DNA of 64,000 nucleotides from Microvirga sp. (GTDB lineage: Bacteria; Pseudomonadota; Alphaproteobacteria; Rhizobiales; Beijerinckiaceae). The position numbers and the translations under genes were made by a program. The stretch is from contig JAPSLB010000001.1 in assembly GCA_031181145.1 (NCBI GenBank), positions 23,775 to 87,774 of the forward strand. Direction: 5' to 3'. Below, one piece after another: positions 1 through 10,116 of this stretch (position 1 is its first letter; each line of letters opens with the position of its first letter). The notes beneath the pieces are model-generated. The model was given only the letters and a program-made list of their open reading frames with translations, was not told the origin of the DNA and did no database searches.

Positions 1-2
1 GG

Positions 3-518
3 CGACAAGGGGTCCTTGTCTGTTTGGCGGCTGGGAATGAGGGGTATGTCGTTCTGTCCAGCTCAGGGGGCGAGATACAGGCCAACCTCGACCTCTCGAT
101 AGGTGACCCGGCGAACTTGGAGGAGGCGATCGCTGTGGGATCTGTTCACAAGACCAACCCGCACACCTATGGGGTATCGTACTTCTCATCCCGGGGCCCC
201 ACGGCAGACGGACGGCGAAAGCCGGATGTCGTTGCGCCCGGCGAAAAGATCCTGTCGGCCCGCCACGACTGGTCAGCACCTCCCTCTGGTGGGACGCCAG
301 CTCTCGAGGACCTGTATGTGCAGATGAGCGGAACCAGCATGGCAACGCCACATGTCTCGGGTGTCCTCGCAGCGTTTCTGTCGCTGCGGCGGGAATTCAT
401 CGGCTATCCGGACCGGGCAAAGGAGATCCTGCTGGGAAGTTGCGTCGATCTGCGCCGCGATGTGTACGCGCAGGGGGCTGGGTTGCCGAACCTGATCAAG
501 ATGCTGGCCCTGAATTGA
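3..518 (+). CDS. S8 (subtilisin-like) serine peptidase, C-terminal part (5'-truncated by window edge)
   Basis: Frame is open from position 3 (RQGVLVCLAAGNEG). Contains the oxyanion motif AAGN, SSRGP...KPDVVAPG and the catalytic Ser motif SGTSMATPHVSG. Confidence 0.9.
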   Translation, partial: RQGVLVCLAAGNEGYVVLSSSGGEIQANLDLSIGDPANLEEAIAVGSVHKTNPHTYGVSYFSSRGPTADGRRKPDVVAPGEKILSARHDWSAPPSGGTPALEDLYVQMSGTSMATPHVSGVLAAFLSLRREFIGYPDRAKEILLGSCVDLRRDVYAQGAGLPNLIKMLALN

Positions 519-625
519 GGAACCCGCAATTAGTTCTGCCGATTCCGAATAGGATCAGGAACGGGTGAGCCGCCAGCGCCATCCTGCTTCCGGCAGGTGC
601 GATGCTCCGCCTAGTCAATGTCAGC

Positions 626-1651
626 TCAACTCCACCATGCGTCCGCCCGGCGGACCACACGGAGCGCGTCCCGGGCTGCTGTGACCGCCGCAATACGCTG
701 CGTTCGGGATCGATGGCAGTCCCTCGCGACGCAAAGATGATAGAGCAGCGCGCCTGATAACACATTCGAGGCCGCAGCCATCCAGTACACCGCCCGCAGC
801 GAGGTGGTTAACCTCCGATCCATGCCCAGCGCCGACAGGTAGGATGTAAGCAACGTGTCATGCCGCCGTCGGCCCTCCGGCTCCCAATAGCTGACCGACT
901 GCAGCCAGGAGCTGACGTCCTCAAGCTGAGAAGCGACGCGCGCTCTGCCCCAGTCGAGGAGGATCGGCTTGTCCTGCCCGTCCCGCCGGCTCATGAGGAC
1001 GTTCCCGGGGTGGAGATCGCCATGAATGGGCCTGCAGCCGAAGGGACGTTCCGACAGCAATTGCCTCCTGAAGGCGGGAAGGGCTAGAACCAGCCGGTTG
1101 AGAGGTGGCAGATCCCGTGCCAAGAACGCGAGGTCGGGATCGGTTCGGCATTGTTCGAGAGTTGTCCTCGTCTGCTCTGCGACAGCCTGCAGCTCTGCTT
1201 CATAATCCCATTCGGGAACGAGAGCCGCCGCCCCCTCGGTAGCCATATGGAATTCTGCCAGACGGGCAAGCAGCGCTTCACCTGCCTTGAGGTTGCGCCA
1301 CGGCCAGGAGGTTGTCCGACGAACCGCCTCGATCACCAGGAGGATGTCCCCGGAATCGGATCCCTCGACCGCCAGAAGCCGGGGCGCCAGGTGTTGGGCA
1401 TGCGCTGCCACCAGGCGTTGATAGACTGCGGCCTCACGCACAGGGCGTCCCGTCAACTGCTTCGCGACGAGGCGGAGTATCTTTTGATGGTTTGACTGAT
1501 TGCGGTAGCGCACCGTTACCAGGGTGACACCGGAAGCCTCGATACCGCCCCGCAGGCTCTTGCCCTCCACCAGCACATCCTGCACTGGCTCGGGCGCAAC
1601 CCGCTGGAGCAGCTGTTGTATTAAGTTTGTGAGTTCAATTCGTTTTTCCAT
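626..1651 (-). CDS. Aminoglycoside phosphotransferase/choline kinase-like family protein
   Basis: Brenner-type motif IHGDLHPGNV followed by LLDWG. Confidence 0.8.
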   Translation of the reverse strand: MEKRIELTNLIQQLLQRVAPEPVQDVLVEGKSLRGGIEASGVTLVTVRYRNQSNHQKILRLVAKQLTGRPVREAAVYQRLVAAHAQHLAPRLLAVEGSDSGDILLVIEAVRRTTSWPWRNLKAGEALLARLAEFHMATEGAAALVPEWDYEAELQAVAEQTRTTLEQCRTDPDLAFLARDLPPLNRLVLALPAFRRQLLSERPFGCRPIHGDLHPGNVLMSRRDGQDKPILLDWGRARVASQLEDVSSWLQSVSYWEPEGRRRHDTLLTSYLSALGMDRRLTTSLRAVYWMAAASNVLSGALLYHLCVARDCHRSRTQRIAAVTAARDALRVVRRADAWWS

Positions 1652-1999
1652 CCGTCATGGATGGTATCGGCCACATGGACATTCAACCCTGCTCCAGCTT
1701 ATGTCATTGGGGCTGTTCTGCCCCCAGAGGAGGCTCCCTGATCGCCTCCCGCCCGGAGAGGCTGGAAGGAGTTTACAGACCAATGGCCAAATTGCGTCTT
1801 GACCGCTCTTCTTCTGATTGCTTGCTTCACTTTTCTCAAGCGCGACAGGCATTTCCCTAATCTACGGAAGACTTGCGCTGAGTCTGCAGCTCCTGTAGGT
1901 TAGTTTCAGATGTTGTCGTGAACTACGCATTGAATGTTCTGCACTGAAGGCTCATCACTAGTTCAAAGCGAACAGAATTTAAAGCAATAAGCGCTGCGG

Positions 2000-3496
2000 A
2001 TGAGAAGCCTCGTTTCCAAAATTCACCTGCACATAGCCGCAAGCATAATTACCTTGGGGATCCTTGCTATCTCAGCCCATATACTGTGGGATGACTATGT
2101 CGATACATGGCAAGACGCTGAAAACACCTCCCGAAATGTGCTGACGGTCATCGCGCGCAACCTCAGCAATAACGTTGAGCTTTTGGACCTGTCGTTGCAA
2201 GGAGCGGCGGAGGGGCTGCGCCAAGTGGGGTTTCACCAGCTTCCAGCCGACTTCCAGTACCGAATGCTGTTTGACCGCTCAGCCGCCGCACCATTCATGG
2301 GTTCGCTGATCGTGGCGGCTGAGAACGGCAGCCTAGTTGCGGATGCCGGTCCGGTGATATTGCCTCGCGACATCAATGTTGCCGATGCGCCTTATTTCAT
2401 CGCCCACAAGCAGAATTCAAACCTCGGGCTCTATATCAGCCGCCCCTATAGGAGCAAAGTAAGCCTCGGGGACTTCAGCATAGCCTTCAGTCGGAGCCTC
2501 TCTCATCCGGACGGACGCTTTGCAGGCGTTGTCATGGGGTCGATGTCCCTTTCGAGCATCGACAGTCTGCTGAAGGAACTCGCTCTCGGGCAACACAGTG
2601 CCATCAACCTCTTTCGAGGCGACGGTATCCTGCTCACCCGCTACCCATTTGAAGAGAGCCAAATCAATCAAGATCTTGGAAGCGCCTCCTACGTCCAGCA
2701 CCTGCTGCAAAATAAATCCGGCACCTTCGATTCCGTATCGCCTATCGATGGCGTTCGCCGCATTCTGTCATTCCAAAGGCTCGATAAATACCCTCTGGTC
2801 GTAACTGTCGCGCTTGCGACGGACGAGGTGCTTGCCAACTGGAAGAGGAAGGCTTTCGTTCTGAGCACCCTGACCGGAGCCCTCTGCCTTGCAGTCATCG
2901 GACTCACGAATTTGTTTCAGCGAGAATTGAAGCGCCGCACCAGAGCCGAGACGAAGCTTCGACGGATTGCCAGAACTGACGATCTCACTGGATTGCCGAA
3001 CCGGCGCGGTTTCCGAGAGACCTTCGAGCGTGAATGGCGGCAGGCGATCCGCTCGGGGGCATCACTCTCTCTGCTCTATATTGATGTCGATTACTTCAAG
3101 AACTTCAATGATCGATATGGGCATGGAGAGGGGGATGAGGTGCTTCAATCCATTGCCCGTGCCTTGGAAACCAATATCCGGCGCCCACGCGACATTGCTG
3201 CGCGACACGGTGGCGAAGAGTTTGCTGTTGTGCTCCCTGAAACTGACGCGGGTGGCGCTCGGGGGATTGCCGAAAACATCCGTCAAGCGATCGCAGCAAT
3301 CGGGATTGTTCATGAGGGAAGCCCTTACCAAATCCTGACAATCAGCATTGGGGTTGCTTCAGCGCGGCCACTTCGCAGGGCAGAAGGCACGCATCTTCTA
3401 GAAGCAGCCGATGCGGCACTCTACAGAGCTAAGGGATCGGGCCGGAATGCCGTTCATCAGTGGGAAGACAGCACAGTTCCGACACTGGCACATTGA
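2000..3496 (+). CDS. Sensor diguanylate cyclase (two TM helices, periplasmic Cache-like domain, GGDEF domain)
   Basis: TDDLTGLPNRR, DVDYFKNFNDRYGH, active site RHGGEEF preceded by an RxxD I-site (RPRD), ADAALYRAK. Confidence 0.92.
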   Translation: MRSLVSKIHLHIAASIITLGILAISAHILWDDYVDTWQDAENTSRNVLTVIARNLSNNVELLDLSLQGAAEGLRQVGFHQLPADFQYRMLFDRSAAAPFMGSLIVAAENGSLVADAGPVILPRDINVADAPYFIAHKQNSNLGLYISRPYRSKVSLGDFSIAFSRSLSHPDGRFAGVVMGSMSLSSIDSLLKELALGQHSAINLFRGDGILLTRYPFEESQINQDLGSASYVQHLLQNKSGTFDSVSPIDGVRRILSFQRLDKYPLVVTVALATDEVLANWKRKAFVLSTLTGALCLAVIGLTNLFQRELKRRTRAETKLRRIARTDDLTGLPNRRGFRETFEREWRQAIRSGASLSLLYIDVDYFKNFNDRYGHGEGDEVLQSIARALETNIRRPRDIAARHGGEEFAVVLPETDAGGARGIAENIRQAIAAIGIVHEGSPYQILTISIGVASARPLRRAEGTHLLEAADAALYRAKGSGRNAVHQWEDSTVPTLAH

Positions 3497-4086
3497 CGGA
3501 CTCTGGCGCATCAAACTCCCAAGCCACAGAATGTAGCAAGTGTTGGAGTTGAGCAATCTTCCATTGCTTGTAGCTCAGGACATCTATGATACAGCGCCCG
3601 CTGTATGCCACCGGATGCACAACAGGATCATGGATCTGGCGAGATAGCGGCCTTCGAGCATCATGTACGCCTCTCGAAGCGGCCGAGGCACACCTTTTTA
3701 GAGTTTCAGCAGATTTCTAGGAAATTCTCCTCACGGCTGTCACTAATGCGAGCAGGCATAGACTGTCGCCAGACCTTCCATCAACATCGGGCAACCTGCA
3801 ACCTCTTTCCTTCCATTGGCAAGGCTTCGGGAGTGTCCCCTCCTATTCGCTCTGGCAGCCTGCTGCTCACTTAATCCGAGAGGATTAAGCCGCCCGAGAG
3901 CATGTAAATTTTGGGGTGGTCCGGTGGATTTAGTAGGACAAGCAACTCTTAAGGGGAATAGCTCCGCGCCGCAGCTTGGACGGAACGTGCAGAGGCGTAG
4001 AATTCCAAAAGCGCTACCTATAGGTGCCGGCACCTTACAAGGTGGGCAGTGCCAACAATCTCGCTCTTCTCTTGGAGGTAAGAATA

Positions 4087-4761
4087 ATGGTGTTTCAGAG
4101 GATCTTCGGCTGGTTCTCCAAGCGTTCTCGCCAACGAAGGGCCGCCACCTTAGCCAGTTTCATCAAACCGGAACCCGATTGGCGCATTCTGGATCTCGGC
4201 GGCGGCACAGGCGAGCACATCCACCGTGTCTTTCCGAACTGCCGTAACATTACCGTATGCGATTACTCTGCTGCCGATTTGGCTATAGCTAGAGATCGGT
4301 TCGGGTATACAACTATTCAGGCAGATGGGAGCGATCGGCTACCTTTCGCCGATGGTGAATTCGACTTGGTTTTCTGCTCTTCTGTAATCGAGCACGTTAC
4401 TGGTCCAAAAGATTCGATCATAAAGATGACCAACGGCCGAGAGTTCCAGGATACGGCTTTTCACTTCCAGCAGAAGTTTGCTTCTGAAATAAGACGCGTT
4501 GGGAAACGTTACTACGTGCAAACACCCCACCGTTATTTCATAATTGAAAGCCATACCTGGCTACCAATCGTAATCGTTCTTCTCCCTAGGCCATTGCAGA
4601 TTCGGACAATAGCTTTTTTCAATCGCTTCTGGCCAAAGCAAACAGAGCCCGACTGGAACTTGCTTGTCCCCTCGCAAATGAAACATCTGTTTCCCGATGC
4701 AAAGCTCATCCTAGAACGCTCAGGCTGGATGCCGAAGTCCATCATGGCAATTCGGAGCTAG
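4087..4761 (+). CDS. Class I SAM-dependent methyltransferase
   Basis: ILDLGGGTG motif I and LPFADGEFDLVFCSSVIEHV. GGAGG RBS before the ATG at 4087. Confidence 0.85.
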   Translation: MVFQRIFGWFSKRSRQRRAATLASFIKPEPDWRILDLGGGTGEHIHRVFPNCRNITVCDYSAADLAIARDRFGYTTIQADGSDRLPFADGEFDLVFCSSVIEHVTGPKDSIIKMTNGREFQDTAFHFQQKFASEIRRVGKRYYVQTPHRYFIIESHTWLPIVIVLLPRPLQIRTIAFFNRFWPKQTEPDWNLLVPSQMKHLFPDAKLILERSGWMPKSIMAIRS

Positions 4762-4821
4762 TTTTGGGCTGTCTCGTCTTCGCGGAGAATATTGTGCATC
4801 CTATCCGGGCGCCTTGAGGGA

Positions 4822-4963
4822 CTCTCGGATCAAGGCTCGAACTACATCGCGTATGAGACCGGAAGGTTGATGCCGAAGGGGCTCCGCTGACTTCGCAGGT
4901 GTAGAGAGGCCGCAGAGCAACGGCATGGCCGCAGCCTTCACGCGTACGATCAGGCACGACTAC
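4822..4963 (+). pseudogene. IS3-family (IS2-like) transposase integrase-core remnant
   Basis: Manual translation gives LSDQGSNYIAYET, then a stop and frameshift, then PQSNGMAAAFTRTIRHDY. This resembles the IS3-family OrfB motifs DNGS.Y and SPQSNGMAEAFV.TIKRDY. Confidence 0.7.
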
Positions 4964-5669
4964 TTCTGAGTGGGACCGACTTACGGAAGTTCTGAGCTCG
5001 ATGGTCGGCCCCGGACCGAATGAGCCGCCGATCCTTTGGAGCACGGCGCCCGCGCCACCGGACGACTTTGTCCGGTCGGCCGCGGCACGACATCTGGCTT
5101 ACGCCGGTTCCGTTCCGCGCCTGTGAGCAATGATAGGTATAGGCATGCTTGGTATTCGTGAGTTCATGATCGCTGCATAGTTCGATTATCCTTTAGAGAT
5201 GATGCCAGATATACTTTTGCGACGGTGCCGAGATTGCTATCGACTGCATGGACGGCTAATCTTTTGCCTTCTGTCGCCAATTCGTGTGCATTCACATGAA
5301 ATACGGATGCCAAGTTGTATCTTAAGCAGCGGAAATCTCTTTCGGACATTCATGCCCGTAATATCTTTACCAAAATGAACAGTGCGATTTAGCAATGTTT
5401 GATAGAGCACAGCAGACCATCCACGGCGAGCACGAGTTTGTACGTGCCGGCCACATTTCTCCACAAGCGACACTTGGCGCTCACGACATATCGAGGGTTC
5501 TCATTCGCCACAGAAGATTGCGCCGGAATATTTCTGAAGCTCGTATTTCTCTAGAGTCGCTCAATCTGAAAGTATCGGCAACAATCAATGGGCGAAGTTA
5601 CAGGATGAGCAGCCACACTCTGTATGCCACCTCAAAATCCCCATCCCAACTTTGATGAAATAATATCAT

Positions 5670-7028
5670 ATGAACTCCACCAGAGCCCGTTCCAGGCACA
5701 GGCCGCATCAAGAGTGGTTGGAGTATTTCTTCGTTTACTCGCTTCTAATCTCCACCGGCGGGTTCGTCTTCTTTCTAACAGGCTGGGATCCTTCGCAAGC
5801 TCTAACGGAAGAACCCGCATCTTATCTTGGTCGCATAAATACTCTTGCGATCTCGTTGATAACATTTTTGATTTATTTGCGGAACTACAAGACTGTTAAT
5901 GTGGCAATCCGTGCGTCGTGGCCGCTTTTTCTGTTTCCAGTGGTCGCATTCTTGTCCTGTATCTGGGCAGACGATTTTGCGATCACGTTTCGACGAGCTT
6001 ATGCGCTCTCGTTCAGCTTCCTTGCGGCCGCCTGCTTAGTTGCACTTCTCCCGCCCGTACGCATGGTTAGATCGCTTTGCCTTGCCCTAGGATGGGCAAT
6101 GATATTGAGTGTGATCTTCTCCATTTTCCTACCGAAATTCGGAGTACACCAGTCGGGCGAGTGGTTGGAACCGCGTTGGGCTGGCCATTGGCGGGGTATC
6201 TATACTCACAAGAACACGCTGGGAAATACAGCCAGCTTTGCCCTCCTGATGTTTGCGATTTTCTCCAAGCACGTGATCGAGAGCACCGTTTTTAGAAAGG
6301 CGACCCTTATCGCTGTAGGTGCGTGTCTCTTCGGAGCCGCCTCTAGTACAGGTCTTGTCGTCGCGATGGTCATGGTTGCTGCATCGCTTGGCTTTTTGCT
6401 GCTTCTCAACGCGCGAAGAGGCACCAGAACCCTGATCTTGGGGAGTACGTTCTTTTTCCTTGTACTCGCTATCGTAACTGCAATCCCGATTATAAGCGTC
6501 GTCTTCGAGATCCTAGGCAAGGAGCCGGATCTCACAGGGCGCGTGCCGATTTGGGGCACTCTTTTGCCGTGGGCTCTGGAGCGGCCATGGCTCGGATATG
6601 GCTTCTCAAGCTTTGAACTGGCAATGCTGCCGCGTTTCTTCGCTCTGACCGGGGAGAGATTAGTTAATGCACATAACGGTTATCTGGAAACGTTCATTAA
6701 TTTTGGATACTTGGGATTGGCTATTCTGGCGGCTGTTCTCATCTCATTCGTACGCAATGTAGTCTACCTCCTTAAGCGCCAGTCCCCCTACGAGCGATTG
6801 ATACTGCCTTTCGCTGTCGCGATCTTCGTTGGGGTTCTTTGCTCCAACATTACGGAGTCTTTCTTCCTGGCATATTCGTCGATCCATGGCGTCATCTTCG
6901 CGATTGCATACATATTGGTAGCGGTGTCGCGATCGGTAACGACAGCAAGCGTCTCGCAGCGAGCCAGCCACCCGAAGAGACTGCAATTCGGGGTTCCGTC
7001 GCAAACCCCGATTGGCGCCGCAAAGTAG
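5670..7028 (+). CDS. O-antigen ligase/polysaccharide polymerase (Wzy_C, ExoQ-like) family protein
   Basis: Many TM segments, with WRGIYTHKNTLG, LTGRVPIW, PWLGYG and AHNGYLE motifs. Confidence 0.85.
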   Translation: MNSTRARSRHRPHQEWLEYFFVYSLLISTGGFVFFLTGWDPSQALTEEPASYLGRINTLAISLITFLIYLRNYKTVNVAIRASWPLFLFPVVAFLSCIWADDFAITFRRAYALSFSFLAAACLVALLPPVRMVRSLCLALGWAMILSVIFSIFLPKFGVHQSGEWLEPRWAGHWRGIYTHKNTLGNTASFALLMFAIFSKHVIESTVFRKATLIAVGACLFGAASSTGLVVAMVMVAASLGFLLLLNARRGTRTLILGSTFFFLVLAIVTAIPIISVVFEILGKEPDLTGRVPIWGTLLPWALERPWLGYGFSSFELAMLPRFFALTGERLVNAHNGYLETFINFGYLGLAILAAVLISFVRNVVYLLKRQSPYERLILPFAVAIFVGVLCSNITESFFLAYSSIHGVIFAIAYILVAVSRSVTTASVSQRASHPKRLQFGVPSQTPIGAAK

Positions 7029-7104
7029 CGCGAACCTCATGGCCCTTCTGTGGGCGTCCTGCCCCGGTCAGGCAGTTTGGAGAGTTGGCAGGGATCTCTG
7101 AGCT

Positions 7105-7332
7105 TAGCGCATCGTGCGGAAAAGTGGACCCGGTTTTCGCTGACGCGGCCCTTCGGGTCCGCTCCAAACGATGCGCTCGTTCAAGAAGAGAGCATCGGAT
7201 TGATCCCAAAAGTGCGAATCCACTTTCACGTCCGATGCTCTAGAGCTGCTCCCCCTTGTGTGGGCTCAGATCTCCTCTTCGGTTTGCCGCATTCTTCGAC
7301 GGTAAGCCGGCTCCACTTCGCCGAACCAGCGC
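7105..7332. repeat. Rhizobial-type intergenic mosaic palindromic element (RIME/REP-like)
   Basis: Nested inverted repeats agcgcatcg...cgatgcgct (7106-7177) and gagcatcgga...tccgatgctc (7190-7240) with internal aaagtg/cacttt arms. A degenerate cgcattcttc...ccgg...ccacttcg unit follows (7288-7332). Lies between convergent genes. Confidence 0.65.
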
Positions 7333-7378
7333 AATCGGATCTTCGCTGGAGGGAAGGAGCTGCAATCAGGCCCCTCCG

Positions 7379-9676
7379 TCAGAGACCCTCCCCCTCCGTC
7401 AGGATGCGGACGGGTACGCCCTTATAGGCAGGGGTCTTGGACAGCTCGTCGTGGTAGCCCACGGGGATCAGGGGATTGGCCTCGGGATAATAGGCCGCGA
7501 CGCAAGCATCCGGCAGGTCATAGGGCACGATTCTCAGCCCCTGCACCACCCGCTCGATACCGTCCTCCACCGCGCATTCGAGTGTCACCACCTGTCCTTC
7601 CGAGAGGCCCCGCCGCCCCATCTCCTCGGGGTTGATGAGGAGAATGTCGCGTGGCCCCGACAGCCCCCGCAGCCGGTCGGAGAAGCCGTAGATCGTGGTG
7701 TTGAACTGGTCGTTCGAGCGCAACGTAATCAGCGTGATCTCCTCGCCCTCGGGCGGTTCGCCCAGGGCGGTCAGCACCACGGGCGCGGTGAACTGAGCCC
7801 TCCCGCTCTCGGTCTTCCATTCGCGTTCGCGCGCCGCGTTGCCCCGGTGGAACCCACCCGGCGTGAAGAGCCGCCCGTTGAAGTCGCCGAACTTGTCGGG
7901 ATAGGTGGCCTCGATCAGGTCGCGGATCAGCCCGTAATCGCCCGTCCACTCGTCCCATTTCACCTTGGGGTTGGGCGGCAGCGTCGCCTTGGCGATCCCT
8001 GCCACGATGGCGACCTCGGACTTCAGGTGCGGAGAGGCGGGGCTGCGCTTGCCCAGCGAGCCGTGGATCATGCTCAGGCTGTCCTCCATCGTCACGGTCT
8101 GCGGTCCCGTCGCCTGCAGGTCCTCCTCGGCCCGCACGAGACATGGCAGCAGCCAGGTGGACCGCCCAGGCAGCAGGTGCGAACGGTTGAGCCTGGTGGC
8201 GATCTGCACGTTGAGATCGAGACCGCGCCAGGCCTCCTCGGCGCGTGCCCGATCGGGGATGGCCCGGGCGAGATTGCCGCCCATGGAGATGACTCCCCGC
8301 ACCGAGCCGTCGAGGAGGCCCTCGACGAGATCCACGGTAGAGCGTCCTTCCTCCTGCGGGGGCTCGAAGCCGAAGAGCTCCCTGAGCTTGTCCATCGGCA
8401 CGTTCTCGGGCTTCTCGGTGACTCCCACGGTGCGCTGGCCCTGCACGTTGGAATGCCCCCGCACGGGGGAGATGCCGGCCCCCTCCCGCCCGATGTTGCC
8501 ACGCAGGAGAAGCAGGTTCACGAGCATGGCGAGGTTGAGCCAGCCCCTGACGTGCTGGGTCAGGCCCATCCCGTAGATGCCGATGACGTTCTTCGACGCA
8601 GCATAGATCTCGGCCACCTCGTCGAGCTCGCCGCGGCGCAGGCCGGATACCCTCTCGATCTCTTCCCAGGATACTTCGCGCAGACGCGCCTCAAGCTCGT
8701 CGAGCCCTGTCGTGTGCTCCCCGATGAAGGTCCGGTCGAGGATTCGGCCTCCCCTCTCGGCGTCAAGCTCCAGCACGCGCTTGCACAGTCCTGCGAGCGC
8801 CGCGATGTCGCCGCCCGGGCGAACCTGGAGGTAGATGTCCGAAATCCTAGTGGCGGGCTTCACCGTCATCTGCGCGGGATTCTGGGGATCCGCGAATTCG
8901 ACGAGGCCTCGCTCGCGGATCGGATTGAACGTGACGATCCTGCATCCCCGCTCCTTGGCGGCCTTGAGCGTGTGGAGGAAGCGGGGCGAGTTGGTCCCGG
9001 TGTTCTGCCCGAAGAACAGGATCAGATCGCAATGATCGAAGTCCGACAGCACGCAGGTGCCCACGCTGACCCCGATCACCCGCTTGAGTCCCACGCTCGT
9101 GGTCTCGTGGCACATGTTGGAACTGTCGGGGAGATTGTTGTGCCCGTAAAGCCGCGCGAAGAGTGCGTAGAGATAGGCGGTCTCCAGACTCGCCTTGCCG
9201 GACATGTAGAAGACGGTTGATTGCGGATCGAGCTCTCTGAGCTTCGCCCCGATCCCCCCGAAAGCTTCGTCCCAGGTCGTCTCGACATAGCGATCCGAGG
9301 CGGTGTCGTAGCGCATCGGGTGCGTGAGCCGCCCCTTCTCCTCCAATTCGTGGTCGGACAGGCCGCGCAATTCGGTTACGGTGTGCTCGGCGAAGATGCC
9401 GGGTGTGCAGCGGTCACGCGTGAGGTCCCAGATCGTCGCCTTGGCGCCGTTCTCGCAGAACTCGAAAAGGTGCGGCTGCGCGGGCTTGGTCCAGGCGCAG
9501 GAAGTGCACATGTGCCCGCCTGGCTTGTTTTGCCGCATCAGCGTACGGAAAGCGCCGATGGCAGGCTTCTGGTCGGCAAGGATCCGGCTCACCCCCTTGA
9601 GCGACCCCCAGCCGCCGGTGGCGTTCCCGTAGTAAGATGTGTCGGGGCGCTGCCCGGCTGCATCGGATTTGCCCAT
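7379..9676 (-). CDS. FdhF/YdeP-family molybdopterin oxidoreductase
   Basis: GGWGSL, CTSCAW, FEFCENGAKA, NNLPDSSNMCHE, RGHSNVQG, TLRSNDQFNTTIY and TPAYK motifs. Confidence 0.9.
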   Translation of the reverse strand: MGKSDAAGQRPDTSYYGNATGGWGSLKGVSRILADQKPAIGAFRTLMRQNKPGGHMCTSCAWTKPAQPHLFEFCENGAKATIWDLTRDRCTPGIFAEHTVTELRGLSDHELEEKGRLTHPMRYDTASDRYVETTWDEAFGGIGAKLRELDPQSTVFYMSGKASLETAYLYALFARLYGHNNLPDSSNMCHETTSVGLKRVIGVSVGTCVLSDFDHCDLILFFGQNTGTNSPRFLHTLKAAKERGCRIVTFNPIRERGLVEFADPQNPAQMTVKPATRISDIYLQVRPGGDIAALAGLCKRVLELDAERGGRILDRTFIGEHTTGLDELEARLREVSWEEIERVSGLRRGELDEVAEIYAASKNVIGIYGMGLTQHVRGWLNLAMLVNLLLLRGNIGREGAGISPVRGHSNVQGQRTVGVTEKPENVPMDKLRELFGFEPPQEEGRSTVDLVEGLLDGSVRGVISMGGNLARAIPDRARAEEAWRGLDLNVQIATRLNRSHLLPGRSTWLLPCLVRAEEDLQATGPQTVTMEDSLSMIHGSLGKRSPASPHLKSEVAIVAGIAKATLPPNPKVKWDEWTGDYGLIRDLIEATYPDKFGDFNGRLFTPGGFHRGNAAREREWKTESGRAQFTAPVVLTALGEPPEGEEITLITLRSNDQFNTTIYGFSDRLRGLSGPRDILLINPEEMGRRGLSEGQVVTLECAVEDGIERVVQGLRIVPYDLPDACVAAYYPEANPLIPVGYHDELSKTPAYKGVPVRILTEGEGL

Positions 9677-10116
9677 CTGGTCCTCCTTCGATGACGGCGG
9701 TCAAACCGACGAACCGACGTGCCTCACCTCGGAACAAGCCTGGGAGCCGGAAGTTCCATCCGCCCCGGAGAGACGCGTTCCTTACGGCCGGAAGACCCTT
9801 GCGGCCGTGCAGCGTTGCGTGGATGACCAAAGAATGCGCATGCGCAGCTCTAAGTTCCTGCTCGTGAGCTCTGGGCCGCGGCACGGGCGAGATCGCCCCG
9901 ATCACCCGGCCCGATGCGAACTGACATCCTTCAAGGAGCAGAGATGGCGGAAGGCGACGAGTCGGGGAGATATCGTGCGGTCCTCATCGAGCGCACAACC
10001 TACGCCAGAAAATCTTGTTCAGATCCGTCCGCACCGAAAAGCGGGGCACCAATCATTCCCGCTGGTTCACAGACGATCATCTACGTTCGTTTCACGTGCG
10101 GCAACTCAGCTCTCGT

